A stretch of 32,000 nucleotides of DNA from positions 1,024,275 through 1,056,274 of the forward strand of contig CAVOKO010000012.1 of NCBI GenBank assembly GCA_963696525.1, in the 5' to 3' direction. The stretch is from an uncultured Acidobacteriota bacterium. Its GTDB lineage: Bacteria; Acidobacteriota; Terriglobia; Terriglobales; Acidobacteriaceae. Below are positions 1 to 7,510 of this stretch, piece by piece. The stretch's first letter is position 1; every line of letters starts with the position of its first letter. A program made the position numbers and the translations under genes. Below the pieces are notes generated by a model that searched no databases, had not been told where the DNA came from, and saw only the letters and a list, made by a program, of their open reading frames with translations.

Positions 1-155
1 CGCTCGACAACACCGGCATAGACGGTTTGGCCCGGCCGCATCAGGTCGTGCGCCAGCTTATCCGCGAGCAGAATGTGGGCGCCACGCCCGCGCAGCATCT
101 TCGCGACCGTCGTTTTGCCGCAGGCGACACCGCCGGTAAGTCCTACGCGCAACAT
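1..155 (-). CDS. coaE: dephospho-CoA kinase, N-terminal part (gene runs off the window start)
   Basis: The reverse-strand ATG (complement of 153-155) opens MLRVGLTGGVACGKTTVAKMLRGRGAHILLADKLAHDLMRPGQTVYAGVVE. This has the GLTGGxxxGK[ST]T P-loop at the extreme N-terminus and the ..AD..A...pG pattern typical of CoaE. It is absent from the ORF track because it is truncated. Confidence 0.65.
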   Translation of the reverse strand, partial: MLRVGLTGGVACGKTTVAKMLRGRGAHILLADKLAHDLMRPGQTVYAGVVE

Positions 156-222
156 GTGCCGGTCTCCGGGACAACCACCTCAAAGCGCCTTCAGCTCTTC
201 CGCGTCTTGCCGGGAGCGGAGC

Positions 223-1164
223 CTAAGCTTTCGCCGGCAGTCCGTGGCGAGCGCCTCGGCGCAGGGCGGCGGCTTTCACCGTATTCACCATTAGCATAGC
301 GATGGTTAGGGGACCAACCCCGCCGGGCACAGGGGTGAGCGCACCGGCCACCTCGGCAACCTTGGGATGCACGTCGCCGACGAGGGTCGAACCCTTGGCT
401 GCAAAATCCGCCGCGCGCTTGGCGTCGCCGGCAAAATACTTGTCGAACTCGGCGCGCTCGGTGATGCGATTGATGCCGACGTCGATGACGGTAGCGCCCG
501 GTTTGACGAACTCGGGCGTGATCATGCCTATCTTTCCTATAGCGGCAATCAGGATGTCGCCACGGCGGCATACTCCAGGCAGATCGCGGGTACGCGAATG
601 ACAGATGGTAACGGTTGCGTTGGCGTTGGTGAGCAGCATCGCCACGGGCTTGCCCACGATGTCGCTGCGGCCGACCACGACCGCTTCCTGTCCCTCGATG
701 GGAATCCGCGAGCGGCGTAGGATCTCGATCACTCCGCAGGGCGTGCATGGCACCAGTCCGGGCCGCCCGGTCGAAAGATAGCCCACGTTGAGCGGATGAA
801 AGCCATCCACATCCTTCGCGGGATCGACCGCCAGCAGCACACGCTTGGAGTCCACCTGCCTGGGCAGGGGCAGTTGCACCAGAATGCCATCGATATCGTC
901 GCGGACGTTGAGCCCGGCGATCAGGGCCAACATCTCCTCGGTAGTAATGTTTTCCGGAGGGGTTATTTTTTCACTGAACAAACCAAGCGCTTCGCAGGTT
1001 TTCACCTTATTGCGGACGTAAATCTCCGAAGCCGGATTTTGGCCTACCAGTACGGCGGCGAGGCCCGGTTTGAGGCCGTGCAGGCTCAGGCTCTTCACTT
1101 GTTCCGCGACTTCCGACTTAATGGCGGCGGCAATCCTGTTTCCGTCCAGAACGGTGGCTGGCAT
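223..1164 (-). CDS. folD: bifunctional 5,10-methylenetetrahydrofolate dehydrogenase / methenyl-THF cyclohydrolase
   Basis: ORF 223..1197(-). It carries the FolD blocks GLAAVLVGQNPASEIYVRNKVK, DGILVQLPLP, VVVGRSDIVGKPVAMLL and PVPGGVGPLTIAMLM. I moved the start to Met12 (MPATVLDG), which matches the usual FolD N-terminus. Confidence 0.93.
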   Translation of the reverse strand: MPATVLDGNRIAAAIKSEVAEQVKSLSLHGLKPGLAAVLVGQNPASEIYVRNKVKTCEALGLFSEKITPPENITTEEMLALIAGLNVRDDIDGILVQLPLPRQVDSKRVLLAVDPAKDVDGFHPLNVGYLSTGRPGLVPCTPCGVIEILRRSRIPIEGQEAVVVGRSDIVGKPVAMLLTNANATVTICHSRTRDLPGVCRRGDILIAAIGKIGMITPEFVKPGATVIDVGINRITERAEFDKYFAGDAKRAADFAAKGSTLVGDVHPKVAEVAGALTPVPGGVGPLTIAMLMVNTVKAAALRRGARHGLPAKA

Positions 1165-1205
1165 GGCTTCGTACCTGTCCCTGAAAGTGTGCTCCACCTC
1201 TAGTG

Positions 1206-1321
1206 GGCTGCTGAAAAACGCGCCGAAGCAACGAGCGAGGCGCTATCGAATGTGCAATCCAGAAGTGAAGTGTACAAGATATTGGGGGCTAGTCCCTCCC
1301 AAAACTTGCTTTTCAGCAGCC
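1206..1321. repeat. inverted repeat, arms GGCTGCTGAAAA (1206-1217) / TTTTCAGCAGCC (1310-1321), upstream of folD
   Basis: Perfect 12-bp arms read directly from the sequence. The same G[C/T]TGCTGAAAAAC motif recurs at 2108-2121. Confidence 0.6.
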
Positions 1322-1562
1322 TGTTAGTGTATCAACCCGTAAAGCGATGCCGCTCCCGCAAGGTAAAGCAACTGCCAGACTGTTGCCGTGTTTATCACTG
1401 AAGTAATGACAAGCAAGGTAAGTAATTAGAAAACAGTAACCTTGCTTGGAATGTGCTAGCACTCAGCGGAATGCAGGGCATTATCTTCGGCAAAAATTCC
1501 ATGCAACGTCCTTAAGCAATCGCGAGTCTAACCGATGGTAGGAGAGTAGGTCTGAGGTGACT

Positions 1563-1808
1563 ATGCGGGAGATCTTGACGGAAAGCTGCAAGTTTTCGAC
1601 GCCAGAGGTGGCTGGGTTGCGGAACAGTATGCTGCAGGAGGTGCTGGATTTACGCGCCGCGGCGGAAGTGCTCCAGCTATTCCTCATGGGAAGGGGATAC
1701 GGGGTCTCCAGTGACGACGCCCGCGAAGCAGTCGGTCGATTTGGCGTAGCGGGCTGGCCAGTTGAGGAGATACAGCGAGAGCTGAATCGTATCGCCCTGG
1801 TTCAATAG
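1563..1808 (+). CDS. small hypothetical protein (81 aa)
   Basis: ORF 1557..1808. The ATG at 1563 is preceded by GAGGTG, and a clean rho-independent terminator lies about 75 nt downstream. I see no recognisable family. Confidence 0.35.
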   Translation: MREILTESCKFSTPEVAGLRNSMLQEVLDLRAAAEVLQLFLMGRGYGVSSDDAREAVGRFGVAGWPVEEIQRELNRIALVQ

Positions 1809-1857
1809 ATCTGGTTCAGTAAATCTGGTTCAGCAACTTAGGTTGTTGGTTCAGCAA
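1809..1857. repeat. three direct copies of TGGTTCAG[T/C]AA (ATCTGGTTCAGTAA, ATCTGGTTCAGCAA, TGGTTCAGCAA)
   Basis: Copies at 1809-1822, 1823-1836 and 1847-1857. The first abuts the stop codon of the small ORF. Confidence 0.6.
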
Positions 1858-1882
1858 AGTTAAGCGTGGTATTCACAAAAAC

Positions 1883-1915
1883 GGCCTGCGCAATCAGCGC
1901 GGGCCTTTTAATTTT
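1883..1915 (+). terminator. rho-independent terminator
   Basis: GGCCTGCGC (1883-1891), loop AATCA, GCGCGGGCC (1897-1905): a 9-bp GC-rich stem with one G.U pair, followed by TTTTAATTTT. Confidence 0.6.
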
Positions 1916-2107
1916 GCCGGCGCCCACATCCGTCGACCGTTGAGGCTGGCCGTCGATTGGAGTGCTCTGGTTCCGGAATACATCATCCCTGGTTTTGCTA
2001 TACCCCGAAACTTAAGTTCCTGTTGTGTTGCCGCGGATAATTCGGTAACAATGGCAGCGCTTTCAACTTCGTCGGTACTTGCGACGTGGCACAGGTTCGA
2101 TTTAGCA

Positions 2108-2232
2108 GGTTGCTGAAAAACTGCTCTCTGAGTGTGTCATCCCGAGCGCAGCGAGAAATCTGCTTTTCGTGCGCGATGAAAGTAAAGCAGATCCCTCGGT
2201 CGCGCAAAGCCAACGCGACTTCGGGATGACAC
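2108..2232. repeat. nested palindromic (REP/MITE-like) element
   Basis: GGTTGCTGAAAAAC at 2108-2121. Outer arms are GTGTCATCCCGA (2134-2145) / TCGGGATGACAC (2221-2232). Inner arms are ATCTGCTTT / AAAGCAGAT. The element sits in the non-coding gap upstream of the FAH gene. Confidence 0.6.
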
Positions 2233-2343
2233 TGGTACGAGTTTTTTAGCGGCCTGCAGTTCGCGATACCTGTTGGAAGGCTGAAAGGATTCGGGGTACG
2301 GCCGCACTTGCGCAGTCGGCAAAAGGTGTAAAAGGAGGCTTGA

Positions 2344-3351
2344 ATGAAGCAGAATCGCAGAGAGTTTCTGAGACTGACGGGCGCTGCCACCGTCGCAGTT
2401 ACTGGCGGATTGGGAGCGGCGCAGGCAGAAGTGAAGCCTACCGCCAACCACAAGCGTGGCATGGCGCGCGGCTTGACGTTGTTGACCCTGCGGCATAACG
2501 GGGAATATCGGCTTGGCGTAAAGACCGACAAGGGCATTCTGGATGTAAAAGAGGCGGCCAGCAAGTTGAAGATGGGCGCTCCGGTTACCATGGACGAGCT
2601 ACTGCAAAACGAAGATGGCCCGAGGCTAAACGCGCTGGTCGATGCTGCGCTAAAGTCCAACGCGATCGCTTCTGTATTCCGTAAAGAGGAAACGATCGAG
2701 TACGGACCGGTTGTTGTCCAGCCGGAAAAAATTGTCGGCGTGGGAATCAACTACCGGAGGCATGCCAAGGAAGTAAACCTGCCGATTCAGAAGCGCCCCG
2801 TGCTCTTTAACAAGTACAATTGCGCGCTAAACCATCACCAGGGCACGATCAAGCTTCCGGTCGAGGTAGCCACCAAGTTCGATTATGAAGTCGAACTGGT
2901 GATCGTGATGGGCAAGCAGGCAAGCAACGTCAGTGAGGCGGATGCGCTCTCGTACGTCGCAGGCTATTGCACCGGCAACGACTTCTCGGCGAGAGATTTG
3001 CAGTTTGAAGTTTGCCTTATGCTCGGAAAGACGCTCAATGAATTTGCTCCCCTGGGCCCATACTTTGTAACCGCCGATCAGGTAGATCCCGACAACCTTA
3101 AGATCGAATGTCGCGTCAATGGCGAGACGCGCCAGTCGTCTAACACTAACGATATGATCTATAGCTCGCGCCAGCTTGTCAGCTACATCTCACGCTACGT
3201 TACGCTCAGGCCAGGCGACATTATATTTACCGGCACGCCGGAAGGCGTGATCCTGGGCCGTCCCAAGGACAAACAGGTCTGGCTGAAGGCAGGGGACAAG
3301 ATTGCCTGCAGCCTGGAAAAGCTGGGAGAGCTGAAGTTTGAATTGGTCTAA
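2344..3351 (+). CDS. fumarylacetoacetate hydrolase (FAH) family protein with twin-arginine signal peptide
   Basis: The N-terminus MKQNRREFLRLTGAATVAVTGGLGAAQA has the RRxFL Tat motif, an h-region and AxA. The FAH core shows GVGINYRRHAKE, FDYEVELVIVMGK and GDIIFTGTPEGV. AAGGAGG lies 6 nt upstream of the ATG. Confidence 0.9.
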   Translation: MKQNRREFLRLTGAATVAVTGGLGAAQAEVKPTANHKRGMARGLTLLTLRHNGEYRLGVKTDKGILDVKEAASKLKMGAPVTMDELLQNEDGPRLNALVDAALKSNAIASVFRKEETIEYGPVVVQPEKIVGVGINYRRHAKEVNLPIQKRPVLFNKYNCALNHHQGTIKLPVEVATKFDYEVELVIVMGKQASNVSEADALSYVAGYCTGNDFSARDLQFEVCLMLGKTLNEFAPLGPYFVTADQVDPDNLKIECRVNGETRQSSNTNDMIYSSRQLVSYISRYVTLRPGDIIFTGTPEGVILGRPKDKQVWLKAGDKIACSLEKLGELKFELV

Positions 3352-3410
3352 CCGCACGATTGAAGCTCAATGCCTATTCGAGCAAGGCGGTTGATAGGAT
3401 TCTGACAAGC

Positions 3411-3863
3411 ATGGCTGATCCGTTCAGGCAAGCACAGATTCCACCCAGAGGCGAACACCTGCTTCTTTACGACGGGGTATGCGGCTTGTGTAATCGTCTG
3501 AACAGCTTCGTGCTGTCGCAGGATACTAGGGGCGCATTCGATTTTGCCTCGCTCCAAAGTGTGGTGGGGCAATCCACCTTGCAGCGCTTCGGCAGAAACC
3601 CAGAAAATCTGACCACCCTTTGCCTGGTAACTAACTACCGCTTTGAATCGCGGGCGCTACTTTTGAAAGCCGGGGCGGTGCTGTTCGTGATGAAGCAGCT
3701 TGGCCCTCCCTGGAGTTGGCTTGCGGTCTTTGGAGTTTTCCCGAGGACCTTGTTAGACCGCGTCTACGACTGGATCGCGCGAAACCGCTACCGGTTCTTC
3801 GGCCGGTACGAGAGTTGTCCGATACCGAACACCGAACACAAGAAGCGTTTCATCGATGTATGA
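3411..3863 (+). CDS. DCC-family thiol-disulfide oxidoreductase (DUF393)
   Basis: ORF 3360..3863. It carries the family signature LLLYDGVCGLCN. I set the start at the internal ATG (MADPFRQ...); the upstream TTG start is also possible. Confidence 0.75.
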   Translation: MADPFRQAQIPPRGEHLLLYDGVCGLCNRLNSFVLSQDTRGAFDFASLQSVVGQSTLQRFGRNPENLTTLCLVTNYRFESRALLLKAGAVLFVMKQLGPPWSWLAVFGVFPRTLLDRVYDWIARNRYRFFGRYESCPIPNTEHKKRFIDV

Positions 3864-4451
3864 AACTAGGGCTGAAACTCTCATCAACCTAACCGGTTCC
3901 TGAAAGAGGTGGTTGCCCTGATGTGAGCACGCGAGCAATTGCGTTACGAAACATGGGCGTGTGTTTCCATGAGACTGCGACGATTGACCTCTGCCTGCTT
4001 TCCCGATTTGGTACATGAATTGAAATGTACATATTGCGCAACTGCTTCTGGGTGGTAAGCTGCAACCACCTGACCTAGACGATTAAACCGATCTTACCCC
4101 GCTCGCTCGTGAACCGACGGCACTTGGGGCACAAGGTAAAGACAGCAAATGGGGACAGGTAAGGACTGTTTTGCGGTTGGATAGCGGCGAAGGACGCAAT
4201 CCTATATGCCTGAAGGGGTTCAGGGACCTACCGGGTTTGTCGATCCTGTGCCGAGTGGCCCTGCCTTCAGAGGAACATGCATGCGAGCCGATTCGAGTCC
4301 AACAATTTCAGCCAGCACTACTCCGGGACAATCAACGTTCAAGGGCAAAGGGACTTCTACAATGCGCAGTCTTAATAAGGCATTTGTCGACAAGGAAGTA
4401 CTTTTTTGCAGCAGCGCCGACTCTCGTTGTGGCGTTGCGCCAAGCGGTTTT

Positions 4452-6602
4452 ATGCCACGTTTGGCCAAATTGGATCGCCACTATCTCGTGTCCCGCTCCC
4501 GCTTTCTGTTGAGCGTGACCGTCTGCCTTCTGCTGCTGTGCATTGCACAGCCGCTCTGGGCCAAACCGGGGGTGACCTGTGTCCATGTGCAGTTGGGGTC
4601 AACCTCGAGCACAAGCATGACATTGCCTCCTGTGAGCGTAGGGCTGTTAGGTAGCCCGCCCATTAGGGTGTTCACCTTTGGCACTGAGAACCTTGATTTT
4701 ATCCTGGACAGCGCAACTAGCTGTAACGCGGGTGGAAACTGCTCGGTAGTTGTGCAGTTTCTGCCCACGGCTCCCGGTTTTCGCGGGGGAGCCGCAGTAA
4801 TTTATGACGACGACAATATGCCGGCATTTATCCTCCCGCTCTGCGGCATCGGCGATGCGCCAATGACAGCTCTATCGCCGGGTACCACTAGCGTGATCGG
4901 CACTGGCACCCAAACTACGAATAATCCCAAACAGATCGCCATCGATGGCGCGGGCAATATGTATGTCGGTAACTCTACCGACATGGATGTGGTACAGGTG
5001 CCAACCGGCGGTGGTGCTCCGTCGGTGATGAACACCGGTTTATTGACCTTGGGTAACGTCGCCGGTGTAGCCCTCGATGGAGCCGGCAACCTGTTTATTT
5101 CGGATAATAGTAATAGTCAAATTGTTGTGGTGATGGCGCCGCTGCTGCCGCAGCCGATGTTCGTTAATGCCTACGTGCTCAGCATTAGCGGCCTAACGTT
5201 GAACGCGCCTGGCGCCTTGGCATTCGATGCACTCGGCAATCTATATATTGGCGATCAAGGAAACAATCGCGTTGTAAAAGTAGGCACCCTGACACCGTCG
5301 CCGGGGGGGATATCGGGTGCAGGAACGGTAATCGCTACGCCCGGCTTTTCCCTAGGCAACCCTGGCAACGGCGGTGCTCTAGGCGTGGCGGCGTCTGCGG
5401 ATGGAACCGTCGTCTATATCGCGGATGGGTTTAACAATCGTGTTATCCAGGTAGCAACAGGAGCAGCATCCTTGCTGGTTCCTTCCGGTATCACTCCTCT
5501 ATTAAACGGCCCCCAAGGAGTTAGCGTAGATGGGATGGGAAATGTCTACATTGCGGATTCAGGCAATAACCGCATCGTGCAAGTGACAACCGCAGGCATT
5601 GCTTCCGTGGTGCAGATGCTCGGCCTGCCGATTCCATCAGCCCTGAATTCCCCCTCTGGCGTGGCGGTGGACACTTCCGGAAATATCTTCATTCCGGACT
5701 CGAACAACAATCGAATTGTGGAGGTGAATGTTTCGGGAGCTTCCCTGGCATTTGCCAACACCACGGTGGGTTCGACCAGCGGGGATAGCCCGCAAACGGC
5801 GACCGTAACTAACCTGGGCAATCAGGCGCTGGTTTTTTCGGCTAGTCCGACTTATACGGCTAGCTTCTCCGAAAATAACGGTGACACAAACGTATGCACC
5901 TCGAGCACGTCACTGTCGGCCGGTACTGTCTGCGATGTTTCAGTGAAGTTTACGCCACAATCCGTTGGCAGTCTGAAAGCAAGTATCACGCTGACGGACA
6001 ACGCACTGAACGCGCCTAAGAGCACGCAGCAGGTTTCAGTCAGCGGCACGGGTCTTGCCCCTCCCGTGATCGACTTCACCATAGGCGTCTCAGCCGGTAG
6101 TGCCGCGTCGGTCACGGTGACAGCGGGGGGGGCGGCAGGTTATGCACTGGCAGTCAGCCCAATCGGTAGCTCTACCTTTACCTCAGTGGTGACCTTTACC
6201 GTGAGCGGCCTGCCCACAGGGGCGACGGCGACATTCACACCACCGACGTTGCCCGCCGGGAGCAGCGCAACCAACGTGACGTTGACAATTTACTATTCAG
6301 GGCAGACAGCGACGCTCCACCGAAATAGTCTCCATGGATATGGACTGGCGCTGCTGATGGTGGGGGTGCTTCTGTTGCCCTTCGGAGGAAGGATACGCCG
6401 AGCGGCCAGCGAACGAAGCCGTCAGGCATTTCTGCTGGTTCTGGTGCTAGCAGGGACAGGTGCCATGGCGGGGCTCATGGGCTGCAGCGGAAGTACAACT
6501 AGCGGTTACTTAGTCAACCAGCAACAGACCTACGCCGTGACCGTGACAGCCACCTCGGGCTCAGTTTCGCACTCAACCAATGTCAGCCTGACAGTGCACT
6601 AA
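4452..6602 (+). CDS. secreted/anchored NHL-repeat beta-propeller protein with Ig-like flanking domains
   Basis: ORF 4206..6602. At least 6 NHL blades are visible (GNLFISDNSNSQIVVV, GNLYIGDQGNNRVVKV, VYIADGFNNRVIQV, GNVYIADSGNNRIVQV, GNIFIPDSNNNRIVEV). The signal peptide FLLSVTVCLLLLCIAQPLWA follows Met83 (ATG 4452). Hydrophobic segments lie near the C-terminus. Confidence 0.85.
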   Translation: MPRLAKLDRHYLVSRSRFLLSVTVCLLLLCIAQPLWAKPGVTCVHVQLGSTSSTSMTLPPVSVGLLGSPPIRVFTFGTENLDFILDSATSCNAGGNCSVVVQFLPTAPGFRGGAAVIYDDDNMPAFILPLCGIGDAPMTALSPGTTSVIGTGTQTTNNPKQIAIDGAGNMYVGNSTDMDVVQVPTGGGAPSVMNTGLLTLGNVAGVALDGAGNLFISDNSNSQIVVVMAPLLPQPMFVNAYVLSISGLTLNAPGALAFDALGNLYIGDQGNNRVVKVGTLTPSPGGISGAGTVIATPGFSLGNPGNGGALGVAASADGTVVYIADGFNNRVIQVATGAASLLVPSGITPLLNGPQGVSVDGMGNVYIADSGNNRIVQVTTAGIASVVQMLGLPIPSALNSPSGVAVDTSGNIFIPDSNNNRIVEVNVSGASLAFANTTVGSTSGDSPQTATVTNLGNQALVFSASPTYTASFSENNGDTNVCTSSTSLSAGTVCDVSVKFTPQSVGSLKASITLTDNALNAPKSTQQVSVSGTGLAPPVIDFTIGVSAGSAASVTVTAGGAAGYALAVSPIGSSTFTSVVTFTVSGLPTGATATFTPPTLPAGSSATNVTLTIYYSGQTATLHRNSLHGYGLALLMVGVLLLPFGGRIRRAASERSRQAFLLVLVLAGTGAMAGLMGCSGSTTSGYLVNQQQTYAVTVTATSGSVSHSTNVSLTVH

Positions 6603-6619
6603 GAAGAGGAGCAGAGATC

Positions 6620-7252
6620 ATGCGTAAGACATCATTCATGGGAATTATGCTCCTCGGAGCATTGACAACAGGACTGACGGCGCGAGCACAGCAAGCACAA
6701 CCGGTGCAAGAATTCCGGTTGCAATCGGCCGACTTGGCGGTGACCTACACCACGGAAAGGGCGAAAATCTCGCCCGGCGACTGCGGTTGCTTCTGGCTGC
6801 AAGGCGGAAGCGCCAATGCCGCGTTAACCTTCTTCCATGGCTTGGGTGTGGCGGCGAACCTGAGTGGCGGCCATGCATCCAACATCGCGCCGGGCGTGGA
6901 TGTCAGCAAAGTGAGTTTCATAGCTGGCCCGCGCTACACCTACAACACGTCGCGCTGGTCGGATAGTTACCTGGACGTAAAGCGTGGGACCAGCGTCTTC
7001 GGTGAGTGGCTCTTCGGCGGCGTGTATGCCTTTAACGGCCTATTCCCGGCTACGGCTGGAGGATTCAAGAGCAGCGCCAGTGCCTTCGCCATGCAAGTCG
7101 GCGGAGGCTTGGATGTCGCGCTCGGTAACGGCTTCAGCGTGCGCGCTTTTGAACTCGACTATGTTCGCAGCGATCTGCCCAATAACGGCACCGATACCCA
7201 GAACCATCTTCGTCTTGCCTTTGGAGTGTCTTACCACATCCAAAGACATTGA
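6620..7252 (+). CDS. outer-membrane beta-barrel protein (OmpW/OMP_b-brl-like)
   Basis: Signal peptide MRKTSFMGIMLLGALTTGLTARAQQ. The body shows an alternating amphipathic beta-strand pattern with aromatic girdle residues and ends in the C-terminal strand LRLAFGVSYHI. GAGGAG lies upstream of the ATG. Confidence 0.7.
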   Translation: MRKTSFMGIMLLGALTTGLTARAQQAQPVQEFRLQSADLAVTYTTERAKISPGDCGCFWLQGGSANAALTFFHGLGVAANLSGGHASNIAPGVDVSKVSFIAGPRYTYNTSRWSDSYLDVKRGTSVFGEWLFGGVYAFNGLFPATAGGFKSSASAFAMQVGGGLDVALGNGFSVRAFELDYVRSDLPNNGTDTQNHLRLAFGVSYHIQRH

Positions 7253-7399
7253 GGGTGCGATGAGGATCTTTAGATTAGGACACAACAATCTAGTGGCCCG
7301 TTTGCGAGTGCGCGACCTCTGAGACTAGAGCGGAACCAGAGTTGCTATACCCTGGCAGCAATCGGTTGAGCGTGTCACCGTGAGGAGTGTCGCCCGTTG

Positions 7400-7504
7400 T
7401 TGGCGCGCAAGACATGAGGGTCGTATAATATTTCAGTTTACGAACCCCAAAAGGATATTTCAGTTCAAGATGCTCGCAAGGACATGGCGCGCATCTTGAG
7501 GAGG
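7400..7504 (+). promoter_or_regulatory. putative sigma70 promoter, direct repeats and leader hairpin upstream of the permease gene
   Basis: TTGGCG (7400-7405), an 18-nt spacer, then TATAAT (7424-7429). ATATTTCAGTT occurs twice (7428-7438 and 7455-7465). A 13-bp stem with one mismatch, TCAAGATGCTCGC (7465-7477) / GCGCGCATCTTGA (7487-7499), abuts the SD GAGGAGG (7498-7504). Confidence 0.35.
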
Positions 7505-7510
7505 TAGCGA

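Noticed and set aside
191-748. 185-aa Arg/Gly-rich reverse ORF and several + strand ORFs overlapping folD
   Set aside because: They are out of frame with a full-length FolD homolog. Arg-rich composition is typical of off-frame translation in GC-rich DNA.
1410-1448. 10-bp stem hairpin CAAGCAAGGT / ACCTTGCTTG with a 19-nt loop in the folD-upstream gap
   Set aside because: It has no T-tract and no adjacent gene end, and I recognise no known RNA family. I leave it unassigned.
2087-2092. TGGCAC hexamers (also at 31656-31661) as possible sigma54 -24 elements
   Set aside because: No TTGC -12 element lies at the required spacing (downstream sequences are aggttCGATT and tgccgATATA).
1998-2750. 250-aa reverse-strand ORF
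   Set aside because: It runs antisense through the start of the well-supported FAH gene and through the palindromic repeat. It has a low-complexity Ser/Ala/Pro composition and no recognisable motif. I treat it as a shadow ORF.
4206-4451. 82-aa N-terminal extension of the NHL protein suggested by the longest ORF
   Set aside because: The extension has no signal or domain character. A canonical signal peptide follows Met83 (ATG 4452). Met53 (4362) remains possible.
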